Positions 28,352 through 37,394 of a stretch of 64,000 nt of DNA are shown piece by piece. This stretch comes from an uncultured delta proteobacterium. Lineage in GTDB: Bacteria > Myxococcota > Myxococcia > Myxococcales > Myxococcaceae. The notes under the pieces were generated by a model. The model was not told where the DNA came from. It saw nothing but the letters and a program-made list of their open reading frames with translations, and made no database searches. Every line of letters starts with the position of its first letter. Position 1 is the first letter of the stretch. The position numbers and the translations under genes are program-made. The stretch spans positions 1,056,001 to 1,120,000 of the forward strand of contig CAVQKE010000003.1 of assembly GCA_963713045.1 (NCBI GenBank), in the 5' to 3' direction.

Positions 28352-29599
28352 CTAGCGTCCCGTCGACTCGCCGCGCCAGAGGTCTCGGACACTCTCCCGT
28401 GTGCGTACCACCTTCCAGCGTTTGCCGTGGACCAGGACCTCAGCTGGGCGCGGGCGGCCGTTGTAGTTGCTGGCCATGCTCATCCCGTAGGCGCCCGCGG
28501 TGCGGATGGCCAACAGCTCGCCGGGAAGCGGCAGCACCAGCCGCCGTCCGGCGGCCAGGGTGTCGCTCGACTCGCACACCGGACCCACCACGTCCACCAA
28601 CGCAGTGCCGCCTGGCCGGCGGCGGACGGCCACCACCTCGTGCTCGGCCCCATACAGGGCGGGGCGAAGCAAGTCGTTCATCCCGGCGTCCACCACCACG
28701 AAGCGCCGGCCGGGCCCGGGCTTGCGGTACAGCACCTGCGTCAACAACACGCCGGCGTTGCCCACCAGCACCCGTCCGGGCTCCACCACCAGCGTGGCCG
28801 CGATGTCTTTTGTGGCCTCGCGCAGTAGCCTGCCCCAGGCCTCGGGCTTGGGCGGACGCTCCTTCCGGTAACGGACGCCGAGACCGCCTCCGACGTCCAA
28901 CAGCCCGAGTGGGTACCCCTCGGCCGAAAGCTGACGGTAGAGCGCCGTGACGCGGCGGACGGCCTCGGCGACGGGCCGCAGCTGGGTGAGTTGGCTCCCA
29001 ATGTGGCAGTCCACCCCCTTGGCCTGCAGGCCCCGCAACTGCCGGCTGCGCTGGTAGAGGGCCCGGGCTTCCGCAAGGGGCACTCCAAATTTCGACGTCT
29101 TGAGGCCGGTGGAAATGCTGCGGTGGGTACGCGCGTCGACGTCCGGGTTAACGCGCACCGCGAACGGTGCGCGCACTCCGGCCGACCGCGCCACCTGGTC
29201 CAGCAGTTCCAACTCCTCAGCGCTCTCGACGTTGAAGAGCAGCACGCCCGCGCCGAGCGCTTGCTCGAGCTCCGCGCGCGTCTTCCCCACGCCGGCGAAG
29301 ACGGTGCGGCGTGCCTCGCCGCCCGCCTGGAGGACGCGGGCCAACTCGCCTCCTGAGACGACGTCGAAGCCGGCCCCCCAGGAGGCGAACCGGGACAACA
29401 GGGCGAGGTTGCTGCTGGCCTTGACCGAATAGCACACCAGCGTGCGTCGCCCAGCGAAGGCCCGGCACACCACCTTCCAGTGTCGGTGCAGCGTGGCCTC
29501 GGAATAGACATAGCTGGGCGTCCCCACCCGGCCGGCAATGTTGGTGAGGGGCACGCCTTCGGCGTGCAGGACACCTCGGCGGTAGTGGAAGTCGTCCAT
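28352..29599 (-). CDS. lysA: Diaminopimelate decarboxylase
   Basis: YSVKA, VSGGE, SKFG, HIGSQ, EPGR, GPVCESSD, GAYG..MASNYN. Confidence 0.97.
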   Translation of the reverse strand: MDDFHYRRGVLHAEGVPLTNIAGRVGTPSYVYSEATLHRHWKVVCRAFAGRRTLVCYSVKASSNLALLSRFASWGAGFDVVSGGELARVLQAGGEARRTVFAGVGKTRAELEQALGAGVLLFNVESAEELELLDQVARSAGVRAPFAVRVNPDVDARTHRSISTGLKTSKFGVPLAEARALYQRSRQLRGLQAKGVDCHIGSQLTQLRPVAEAVRRVTALYRQLSAEGYPLGLLDVGGGLGVRYRKERPPKPEAWGRLLREATKDIAATLVVEPGRVLVGNAGVLLTQVLYRKPGPGRRFVVVDAGMNDLLRPALYGAEHEVVAVRRRPGGTALVDVVGPVCESSDTLAAGRRLVLPLPGELLAIRTAGAYGMSMASNYNGRPRPAEVLVHGKRWKVVRTRESVRDLWRGESTGR

Positions 29600-29663
29600 C
29601 GCGCCCTTGCTACCCCCCTTTTCCCCCGAAGGTCCGCGCCGCGGGGGGGAGCCCTCCGTGGTT

Positions 29664-29837
29664 TCAGTGTCCAGCGTCGAGCGGACCCGCGTCCCGCCCG
29701 CTGGGGGAGGCCGGCGGCGCGTACGTCTCCGGCAGGGGCGGCCGGGGGTTGGCGCGCACGCCACAGCCGGCCAACCACGCCGTCAGGACGAGAAGGGTGC
29801 TCGCCCGCAGCGAGGCCAGCCTAGAAGCGGATTCCAA
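29664..29837 (-). CDS. Small (57 aa) LppL/LptM-like lipoprotein
   Basis: Below ORF-track cutoff; TTG start; ...RASTLLVLTAWLAGC lipobox followed by GVRANPRPPLP; immediately upstream of lysA. Confidence 0.7.
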   Translation of the reverse strand: MESASRLASLRASTLLVLTAWLAGCGVRANPRPPLPETYAPPASPSGRDAGPLDAGH

Positions 29838-31779
29838 TCATCGCTCGCAGACTTTGCGCCACGTGAAAGCCTGGCGGGATACTGGTGGTGGTGTTTTGCA
29901 GGCCACCGAAGGGGATGAGGATGCCGTAGTAGAACCAGATGAAGAGGCCGTCCTCGGTGTTGTAGCGGAGGCCCAAGTCGAATTCGAGCCCGAGTGAGTT
30001 AGAGCCCAGCCCGGTTTGCGACGCCGAGGGGGTGGAGCTGGTGTAGATGGCCTGCGAATAAATGGCCTCGCCGTCGAGGGACAGAGAGTCGGTGATGTTC
30101 CACGTCCCCTCGGGCCGCAAATACCAAGCGTCGGTGATGGTGCCGATGATGTAGCGCCAGAGAATCTGGTCGATGTGGTAGTCCTCGTTGAAGGTGTAGT
30201 TCCGGACGTCCGCATCGGTGCAAGTCTTCTGGGGGTTGTTGGGGCACGGATATTGGCGGCCGAACTGTGCGCCGTCGATGTCGCCCGGCTGGGCCGCCTG
30301 ATTGGTGGAGGTGGCGTTGGGAGACAGGCTGGGCCGGGTGACGCGGACGCCGAAGCCGGGGGCCTTGTCGCCGCTGGCGAAGCCGCCCTTGAAGCTGAGC
30401 ACCACGCCCCCGTTGAGGATTTTCAGGGCGGCTTCCCCGGCAACGCCGAATTGGACGACGGTGACGTTGGTGGGCAGGCTTCCCGGCAGAATGGGGGCAC
30501 TGAAGGTTCCGAGTTGGCTGACGGCTTCCAGCTCCAGGCGCAGCGAACGGTTCTCGAATTTGAACCAGATGTCCGGAATGGAGAGGTTGGCGAAGCGGGC
30601 CACCCGGTTGTAGAGGGTGGTGCCCGGCACGTAGGGCGCGTTGGGGTTGGTATTCAACGGCGGTGTGTTGGGCAGTGAGCCGACCTGCTGGTATTCGTAC
30701 TTCTGGGTGCGGTAGGCGAAATCCAGCCCGCAGTTGAAAATCGCACCACCGGAGTTGATTTTCGCCTTGGCCTGCTGCTCGGTATCCAGTTTGGCAATGA
30801 CCATGCGCAGGGTGGTGCTGCCGTCGGTGTTGCTTAAGGGGTAGGACTCGGCGCTGGTCAGCAGCGGCGCGCTGACCAGCCCAGCAACGTCCACCTGAAC
30901 CATCGGGATGACGAAAAAGCCGGGCAACGGCTCGGCGATGAACTGGAAGGCGTCGACGTCCGTTTCTAGGTCACAGTCCAGACAGCTGCCGTCGTTGTAG
31001 TTGATGCCCAAGCCGAAGTTGGTCGACATCCGACCGAATTTGAGAAGCCCGACCGGCGTGGAAACCTCCCCGTAGACTTGCTTCACCGCGACGCTGTTGG
31101 TGACGGCATTGATGCCCGACACCGGTGGGATTTGGCCGGTATTCAAAATCGCCACGTCGATGTTTTGGTACTGCGAATAGGCGTAGGCCGGCGTGCTTCC
31201 CCACACCACGTTGTCCAGCATGTCGATTTGCGCCCTGATGCGCAGCTCCTCCGACACGTTGATGGTGGGTTCGAGCCGGAAGCGCATGTTGACCCCGGTG
31301 ATGGTGTGGCCTCCGGCGTTGACGTTGGTGTTTACGCCGCTGTCCGGCACTGGGAAAAGGTAGTAGCCGTTGAAGGGCGGCTGAGCGAGGTCGAAGTAGT
31401 TGAAGAGCTCGGGCCGCACGCGGAAGTAACCGTGGGCCACGAAGAGCTGCAGCTTGGTCCGGTTGGTGACGCTGGCCTCCTCCCATCCAGGCAGCGTTGC
31501 GGCGTTGGTGGCGCCCTGCGCCCGCATCTCGTCCTGCAGCTCCTTCTTCGCCTGCGCCACCTTGGCGTCAATTTCCGCTTGGATGGCGGCATCCAGCTGC
31601 AACGTCGTCGCCGAGCTCGGCGCGGTCCCCTTCCCTACACTCGGAGCGTCGGTGGTCGCCGGTGCGCTCGGCTTGTTTGCCGGCTCCGTCGTCGCCGGGG
31701 CCGAATTTTGCGCCGGGGTGGAAGTCTGTGCGACGGCGGTGCTGCAGAAGAGGAACGCCGCCAGTGCGGGTGCCTTCAA
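29821..31779 (-). CDS. TIGR04551-family myxobacterial outer-membrane beta-barrel protein
   Basis: Signal peptide; GYFRVRPELF, NMRFRLEPT, GSCLDCD, FNEDYHIDQILWR; C-terminal GIRF barrel signal. Confidence 0.8.
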   Translation of the reverse strand: MKAPALAAFLFCSTAVAQTSTPAQNSAPATTEPANKPSAPATTDAPSVGKGTAPSSATTLQLDAAIQAEIDAKVAQAKKELQDEMRAQGATNAATLPGWEEASVTNRTKLQLFVAHGYFRVRPELFNYFDLAQPPFNGYYLFPVPDSGVNTNVNAGGHTITGVNMRFRLEPTINVSEELRIRAQIDMLDNVVWGSTPAYAYSQYQNIDVAILNTGQIPPVSGINAVTNSVAVKQVYGEVSTPVGLLKFGRMSTNFGLGINYNDGSCLDCDLETDVDAFQFIAEPLPGFFVIPMVQVDVAGLVSAPLLTSAESYPLSNTDGSTTLRMVIAKLDTEQQAKAKINSGGAIFNCGLDFAYRTQKYEYQQVGSLPNTPPLNTNPNAPYVPGTTLYNRVARFANLSIPDIWFKFENRSLRLELEAVSQLGTFSAPILPGSLPTNVTVVQFGVAGEAALKILNGGVVLSFKGGFASGDKAPGFGVRVTRPSLSPNATSTNQAAQPGDIDGAQFGRQYPCPNNPQKTCTDADVRNYTFNEDYHIDQILWRYIIGTITDAWYLRPEGTWNITDSLSLDGEAIYSQAIYTSSTPSASQTGLGSNSLGLEFDLGLRYNTEDGLFIWFYYGILIPFGGLQNTTTSIPPGFHVAQSLRAMIGIRF

Positions 31780-31812
31780 ATGGAGTCTCCAAAGCAGCGG
31801 AAAGGGCGCGGC

Positions 31813-31841
31813 AGTAAACCCACCCCCCCCTGGTGTGTCAA
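31813..31841 (-). promoter_or_regulatory. sigma70-type promoter for the barrel/lysA operon with G8 in the spacer
   Basis: TTGACA (31841-31836), 17 bp spacer, TTTACT (31818-31813). Confidence 0.6.
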
Positions 31842-31889
31842 CGCCGCACCTTGGTCGTTGGTACGGTTTCCGAGTTACGCTTCGTGGCC

Positions 31890-32237
31890 ATGAACCGCAC
31901 CTTTCGCACTCTCTTGGTGGTGCCCCTGGTCGCCGGCGCCACCGCGCTGGCCGTCGCTTGCAGCAGCAGTAGCAACGGCGGTGGCTCCGCGGGCTTTGGC
32001 CAAGCGTGCAACGACTTCACCGCCAGCAACCCATGCTCGGGCACTCTCCTGTGCCGCTGCGCCCTCACCACCTATGCGCCGGGCGTGAATACCTGCTTCT
32101 GCACCGAGTCGTGCGACGTGCCGGCGACCTGTCCCAACGACGCAGGCTCCTGTCTGCAGGCCGATGACCCAGCGTCGCCCACCTCGGTCGACGGCCTGTT
32201 CTGCTTCAATATCCAACCGGATGGCGGGCCTCTCTAG
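31890..32237 (+). CDS. Cys-rich lipoprotein (hypothetical)
   Basis: MNRTFRTLLVVPLVAGATALAVAC lipobox; Ser/Gly linker; 10 further Cys. Confidence 0.75.
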   Translation: MNRTFRTLLVVPLVAGATALAVACSSSSNGGGSAGFGQACNDFTASNPCSGTLLCRCALTTYAPGVNTCFCTESCDVPATCPNDAGSCLQADDPASPTSVDGLFCFNIQPDGGPL

Positions 32238-32650
32238 CCTTTCGGACCTTCGCGCAATTCGGTGAGCACGCCCCGTGCGCCGCGCGGGTGAATGAAGGCC
32301 ACCTTGGCGCCGCCTGCCCCGGGACGTGGGGCTTCATCAATCAGGGGGATGCCTGCCTCGCGGAGCGCCTTTAGGGTGCCTTCCAAGTCCTCCACTTCGA
32401 GGCAAATGTGATGCAGCCCTTCGCCCCGCTTCTCGAGGAAGCGCCCCACCCCGGAGTCGACGGTGGTGGGACAGATGAGCTCCACCCGCCCCAGGCCCCG
32501 GCCAAAGATGGCGGTGGTGACTTGTTGCTCGGGCACCTCCTCCACCGCCGCCAGTTCCAGGCCCAGCGTGTCCCGGTAGAGGCGGATGGCGGCCTCCAAG
32601 TCCCGGACCACAATGGCCACGTGGTCCAACCCCTTGGCCTTCACCGTCAT
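32234..32650 (-). CDS. mce: Methylmalonyl-CoA epimerase
   Basis: VOC fold: DHVAIVV, VELICP, FLEKRGEGLHHIC, AFIHP...GVLTEL. Confidence 0.9.
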   Translation of the reverse strand: MTVKAKGLDHVAIVVRDLEAAIRLYRDTLGLELAAVEEVPEQQVTTAIFGRGLGRVELICPTTVDSGVGRFLEKRGEGLHHICLEVEDLEGTLKALREAGIPLIDEAPRPGAGGAKVAFIHPRGARGVLTELREGPKG

Positions 32651-33465
32651 CGCTTCCTCCTCCCCGGTTGGCACCGGGGACAGAAATACGTCGAACGCCC
32701 GGCTTGACGCACGCACTCGATGGTTCCCCGACAACGGAGGCAGCGCTTCCCCGCCCGCCCGTACACCCGGAAGGGGTTCGGCGTGCCGGGCTCCTCGACG
32801 TAGGCAATCTCCTCGTCCGACTCGCGGTCCAGCGCAAAGCGGATGGAGGCCCGAATGGCGGTGGCCAGCCGACGCCACTCAACGCCGCGCAGCGAACCCA
32901 CCGGACGCCAGGGGGAGAGCTTGGCCCGCCACAGCACCTCGGCGGCGTGAATGTTGCCCAATCCCGCCACCCGGCGCTGGTCCAAGAGGGCCACCTTCAG
33001 TGGGCGCCGGGAGCGGCCGAAGACGGCCTGTAGCTGCTTGCCGTCCAGCCGGTCCAGCACCGGGTCAACTCCCAACTGCAGGACGTCCGGCAGCTGTTCC
33101 AGTGTGTCCGCCGGCGCCGGATGAATGCGTCCAAAGAGGCGAGGGTCCCGGTAGTGCACCACCGAGCCATCGGCCAGCCAGAGTCGGGCACGGCTGTAGG
33201 GCTCGGTTTGGCCGGCCGGCCGCAACACCCACTTCCCGGTCATCCCCAGGTGGGCCAGGAAACCCTGGTTGTTCTCGAAGCCGAGCAGCAACGTCTTGCC
33301 CCGGCGCCGCGCAAAGTCCAGCCGGCCCCGCAGCCTCTCAAACGACGGCCGGTTCCCACCCCGAAAGACCCGCGTCCGGTCCGCTTCGGCCGCCGTCACC
33401 GCCGAGCCTGTAAGCCAGCTCTCCAGGTTGCGGCGGGCAATCTCGACTTCCGGGAGCTCCGGCAT
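32647..33465 (-). CDS. mutM: Formamidopyrimidine-DNA glycosylase
   Basis: MPELPEVE, RRGK, HLGMTG, LLDQ..AGLGNI, C-terminal CxxC...CPRCQ zinc finger. Confidence 0.96.
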   Translation of the reverse strand: MPELPEVEIARRNLESWLTGSAVTAAEADRTRVFRGGNRPSFERLRGRLDFARRRGKTLLLGFENNQGFLAHLGMTGKWVLRPAGQTEPYSRARLWLADGSVVHYRDPRLFGRIHPAPADTLEQLPDVLQLGVDPVLDRLDGKQLQAVFGRSRRPLKVALLDQRRVAGLGNIHAAEVLWRAKLSPWRPVGSLRGVEWRRLATAIRASIRFALDRESDEEIAYVEEPGTPNPFRVYGRAGKRCLRCRGTIECVRQAGRSTYFCPRCQPGRRKR

Positions 33466-33527
33466 GGGGGGTCGCCAATGCGCAGTGAAAGCATTAAGCC
33501 TAGCTCACCCTTCCCGGAGGCAACCCC

Positions 33528-34127
33528 ATGGCCGACAAGAAGTACATCCCCAAGACGTTTCCGCAGCTCAAGGGTCTCAAGGGCATCAGCGACGCCCTGT
33601 TGGAGTCCCACCTCAAGCTGTACGAGGGCTATGTCAACCGCGCCAACAAGCTCACCGAGACCCTCTTCGGCATGGCCAAGGAGAAGCAGGCCGCCGGCTC
33701 CAACCCGGCCTATGCCGAAATGTCGAGGCGACTGGGCTTTGAATACAACGGGATGATTCTCCACGAGTACTACTTCAACAATCTCAAGTCCGGGGCAGGT
33801 GACGCCGGCCCAGGCAGCAAGCTGAAGGGGGCCATCGAGGGCAGCTTCTCCAGCTTCGACATCTGGCTGGCGGACTTCAAGGCCATCGCCACCATGCCCG
33901 GCGTCGGCTGGGCCATCACCTACCAAAACCCGGAGAACGGCTGGCTCTCCAACCATTGGATTACGCTGCACGAAGAGGGAAACCCCGCCGGCTTCAAGCC
34001 GCTGCTGGTGATGGACGCTTGGGAGCACGCCTTCGTCCCGGACTACAAGCCCACCGAGCGGGCCAAGTACGTCGAGGCGTACTTCAGCAACATTGACTGG
34101 ACGGCGGCAGAGAGTCGGCTCAAGTAG
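33528..34127 (+). CDS. sod: Fe/Mn superoxide dismutase (ChrC-like subtype)
   Basis: Ligands H (ESHLKLY), H (NGMILHEYYF), DAWEHA; GGAGG RBS. Confidence 0.9.
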   Translation: MADKKYIPKTFPQLKGLKGISDALLESHLKLYEGYVNRANKLTETLFGMAKEKQAAGSNPAYAEMSRRLGFEYNGMILHEYYFNNLKSGAGDAGPGSKLKGAIEGSFSSFDIWLADFKAIATMPGVGWAITYQNPENGWLSNHWITLHEEGNPAGFKPLLVMDAWEHAFVPDYKPTERAKYVEAYFSNIDWTAAESRLK

Positions 34128-34135
34128 AAGCCAGC

Positions 34136-34633
34136 ATGCCCAAGGCACCCCCAGCCGCACCCGGACGGGTGGGGGCGGCCAGCTTGGACGCTCTTGCCAC
34201 CCGAGCGCTTCCGTCGGTGGACTATGTCGACGACTTCTCCGGTCCGGTCCGCCCAGAGGCCAGGCTGGACGAGGTGGCGCGCCTCGTCTTCGCCGGCCCC
34301 CCGCTGACACTCCTCAGGCTGAGGGACGCCCTGGTGCGTCCCTTCGGGCTCAAGACGTCCGACCGCCCGCAGAATCGCGCCCTGCACTTTCTCCCGGGGG
34401 AGCAGCTTGGCCTTTTCACCCTTTATGCGCGGACCGCGGACGCCTTGCTGCTCGGCGCCGACGACCGCCACCTGGATTTTCGGGTCTGCCTGCGCGTGCC
34501 CGGCACCGGGCAAGCCACGCTGACCACGGTGGTGCGCTTTCACAACGGCTGGGGGCGCGCCTACTTCTTCCTCATCCGCCCCTTCCACGCCCTGGTGGTC
34601 CGGCGCCTGTTGCGCCGAGCTGCACCCACTTAG
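34136..34633 (+). CDS. DUF2867 family protein
   Basis: LRDALVRPFGL, DDRHLDFR, HNGWGRAYFFLIRPFH. Confidence 0.8.
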   Translation: MPKAPPAAPGRVGAASLDALATRALPSVDYVDDFSGPVRPEARLDEVARLVFAGPPLTLLRLRDALVRPFGLKTSDRPQNRALHFLPGEQLGLFTLYARTADALLLGADDRHLDFRVCLRVPGTGQATLTTVVRFHNGWGRAYFFLIRPFHALVVRRLLRRAAPT

Positions 34634-35265
34634 CGGTTAGCCGCCAGCAGCCCGCGGAGGCGCTCGCGCACGCCCGGCCACTCGGCTTGGACGAGGGAGT
34701 AGTAGGCCGTGTCACGAATGGCACCGTCGGCAGCAGGGCTTGCGCCTCGCAGCACCCCGTCGAGTCGTGCGCCCAGCCTTTCGATGGCGGTGCGTGAGCG
34801 GGCATTTCTAGAGTCCGTCTTGATGGTCACTCGGTGGACTTCCCAAGCCTCAAAAGCGTGCGCCAGCATCAACAGCTTGGCCTCGGTGTTGAGCGCCGTG
34901 CGCTGGGCTTCCGGCGCAAGCCAGCTGTAGCCAATCTCCACCGCGTCGGGCACCCCCAGTGGGCGGCGGAGCGGGTGACCCTCCGGCCAGCTCCAGTATT
35001 CAGCCGACCAAAACCGCGTCGAGCCAACCACCCTGCCCTGCGCACGTTCCACCGTGGCAAAGGGCAGCGCCGTCTTGGCTTGGGCCTGCGCGAACGCCTC
35101 CTCCAGGTAGGCGGCCATCCCCTGCGCTGTGGCCGGCACCGAGGTCAGCCGGTAGCTGTCCCGGTGGCGGCCGGCGATGGCGGCCAGGGCCGGAAGGTGC
35201 GCGCTCGACAGCGGCTCGAGGCGGACATGCGTCCCTTCCAGGACGAGCGGGCGGAAGAGCTCCAT
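34630..35265 (-). CDS. GNAT (RimJ/RimL-like) N-acetyltransferase
   Basis: VRLEPL, EIGYSWL, NTEAKLLML, NARSRTAIERLG. Confidence 0.9.
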   Translation of the reverse strand: MELFRPLVLEGTHVRLEPLSSAHLPALAAIAGRHRDSYRLTSVPATAQGMAAYLEEAFAQAQAKTALPFATVERAQGRVVGSTRFWSAEYWSWPEGHPLRRPLGVPDAVEIGYSWLAPEAQRTALNTEAKLLMLAHAFEAWEVHRVTIKTDSRNARSRTAIERLGARLDGVLRGASPAADGAIRDTAYYSLVQAEWPGVRERLRGLLAANR

Positions 35266-35449
35266 CGGTGCAAAGGCTGCCAGCTTGCCTGAGCCCAAGC
35301 GCTTTCGGCGAGCACAGTTGCCCGCTGGCCGCACACCTTTCGCGGACCCTGGGTGGCCCCCCGCCGGGTCCCCTCCCGTCGGCCAGAGAGGCTAGCCTCT
35401 GGCATCGAGGCGTTTCCCCCTGTCAGCATCCCCCATCCGCCCCATCCCG

Positions 35450-35608
35450 GTGCCTACCCCCGCTGGCCCGGCCACCGCGTCCCCTCGGGTCGCAGCCGTC
35501 GAGCAGCTGGTCCGCACCTGTCCCAACTGCAGCCGGGCGCTGGAGGAGCGCAAATGCAAACTCTTCTGCCGCTGCGGGTACTACGCCTCCTGCTCCGACT
35601 TCTACTGA
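35450..35608 (+). CDS. 52-aa zinc-finger micro-protein (CPxC...CKLxCxCGYYxSCSDFY)
   Basis: Below ORF-track cutoff; manual translation ...[33 protein letters not shown]. Confidence 0.8.
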   Translation: MPTPAGPATASPRVAAVEQLVRTCPNCSRALEERKCKLFCRCGYYASCSDFY

Positions 35609-36471
35609 CGGGCGGCGGCGGGTGGCCCTTCTTCCACGGGTGAAGCCAGCACCGCATTCACCAGGCCGCCGAAAAGGAAGGCGAAGGCGGAAAGGTAAAA
35701 CCAAGTGAGGAGCACCATCACCGCAGCAATCGAGCCGTAGGCCAAATTCACCCGCTCCACGTTGCCCGTCCAGAGCCCCACCCCCCACGTCACTGCCACC
35801 CACAGCAGCGCCCCCACCGCCGAGCCGGGAGTCACCAGGTGAAAGCGGCCATCCACGTCCGGCAGCCGGTAGTAGGCGAAGGCCATTGCCCCCATCACCA
35901 TCAGGGAAGTCATTGGCCAGCGCAGCCAGCCCCAGAAGACGAGGAATTCGGTGCGCAGGCCAAACCAGACGAAGAGGCGCAAGCCGACGCGGCCGCCCAG
36001 CACCACGGCCACCAGCCCGGCCACCACCAGCAGCGTTGCTGCCAACGTCACGCCAAGGCTGTTGAGCTGCGTCCTCCACCACGGGCGCCGTTCGACCACG
36101 TGGTAGGCGTGGTTGAGCGTCACCCGCATGGCGTCCACGCCCCGTGAGGCGCTCCACAGCGACACCAACAGCCCGAGGCCCAACAGCTGCGGCCGGGGCT
36201 GACGGATGAGTTGGTGCAAGTGCCCCTCCAGCACCTCAGACACTTCCACCGGCAATACGCCGTGCATGCCGCGCATCAGGGCATCCACCGCCGGCTGAAG
36301 CGGCAGGTACGCCGCCAGCGTCACCAAGAAAAAGAGGAAGGCAAACACCGAGAACAGGAGGGCAAAGGCAAGCTGCGCCGCGGCGTCTGCCAGAAACACC
36401 TCCCGGTAACGCTCCCAAAGACGGCCCAGGAACACCCGCAGCGAGTTGCGCTCCCGGAGAAAGATGTGCAC
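35602..36471 (-). CDS. YihY/BrkB family membrane protein
   Basis: [37 protein letters not shown] start (ORF track over-extends). Confidence 0.9.
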   Translation of the reverse strand: MHIFLRERNSLRVFLGRLWERYREVFLADAAAQLAFALLFSVFAFLFFLVTLAAYLPLQPAVDALMRGMHGVLPVEVSEVLEGHLHQLIRQPRPQLLGLGLLVSLWSASRGVDAMRVTLNHAYHVVERRPWWRTQLNSLGVTLAATLLVVAGLVAVVLGGRVGLRLFVWFGLRTEFLVFWGWLRWPMTSLMVMGAMAFAYYRLPDVDGRFHLVTPGSAVGALLWVAVTWGVGLWTGNVERVNLAYGSIAAVMVLLTWFYLSAFAFLFGGLVNAVLASPVEEGPPAAARQ

Positions 36472-36482
36472 GGCCCTGCATG

Positions 36483-37394
36483 CTAGGGCCCGCCGGCCCG
36501 CGGCGGGAATTCCCTCCCCACCGGAGACTGCGTGAGGCGCACCCCGAGAAGCACCAGCGCCCCGCCCAGCAGCACTTCGGCGCCAATCGGCTCTCCCAGG
36601 GCCAGCCGCGCGGCCAGTGCAGTGGCCACCGGCTGGAGGTTGGAAAAGACGGCCACCTTGGAGGCGTCGGTCCGGCCCAGCGCTGAAAACCAAATGAGGT
36701 ACGACAGCACCGAGCTGCCGAGGCCGAGGTAAAGAAGCGCTGCCTTGCCCACCGGCGAAGCGCCGGCCACCACCTCCGGCCGAAGCACCCACGCAGCCAG
36801 CGGAAGCAGCCACAGCGCCGAAGCGACGTTGGACCAGGCGCTGGTACGCAGCGCGCCCTCGGCGGCCACCAGCGTCCGACCCAGCGTCGTGTAAAACACC
36901 CAGGCCAGCATCGAGCCGAGGAGCAGTAGGTCCCCAACAAAATAGCCGGACAGCGCCTGAAGCCCCGGGCCGAGCAGCAGCACCAACACGCCGCCCAAGG
37001 CGATGGCGATGCCCAGGCTGGCCGTCCAGCGCGCCCGCTCGCGCCCACGGGCCAGTTCCACCAGGTACACCCCCAACGGGGTGAGGGAGAAAATGAGAGC
37101 CCCATGGGCCGCGCTGCTGGTGCGCATTCCCAAGAGAAACAGGGCCTGGTTGAGCGGGCCCGACAGCAGCCCCAGCACCGCCACCCGGCCCAGCACCGCC
37201 CGTGGTGGGAAACGGGGTGCGGGAAGCAGGGCCAGCAGCAGCATGAAGGCGCTCGCGCTCACCAGCAGCCGCCACACCAACAGCGTCAGCGGCGGTAGCT
37301 CGGCCACGCCCCGCTTGGCAGCGAGGTAGGTGAGGGCGCTCAGCACCACGTGCACCGACATCAGGCCCACCACCGAGCGCTCGGCGCCCCTCAT
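36483..37394 (-). CDS. DMT/EamA family transporter
   Basis: About 10 TM helices; VFSNLQPV, LGEPIG. Confidence 0.88.
   Translation of the reverse strand: MRGAERSVVGLMSVHVVLSALTYLAAKRGVAELPPLTLLVWRLLVSASAFMLLLALLPAPRFPPRAVLGRVAVLGLLSGPLNQALFLLGMRTSSAAHGALIFSLTPLGVYLVELARGRERARWTASLGIAIALGGVLVLLLGPGLQALSGYFVGDLLLLGSMLAWVFYTTLGRTLVAAEGALRTSAWSNVASALWLLPLAAWVLRPEVVAGASPVGKAALLYLGLGSSVLSYLIWFSALGRTDASKVAVFSNLQPVATALAARLALGEPIGAEVLLGGALVLLGVRLTQSPVGREFPPRAGGP

Noticed and set aside
33528..34633. Chromate-resistance cluster suggested by the ChrC-like SOD
   Set aside because: No chrA or chrB nearby
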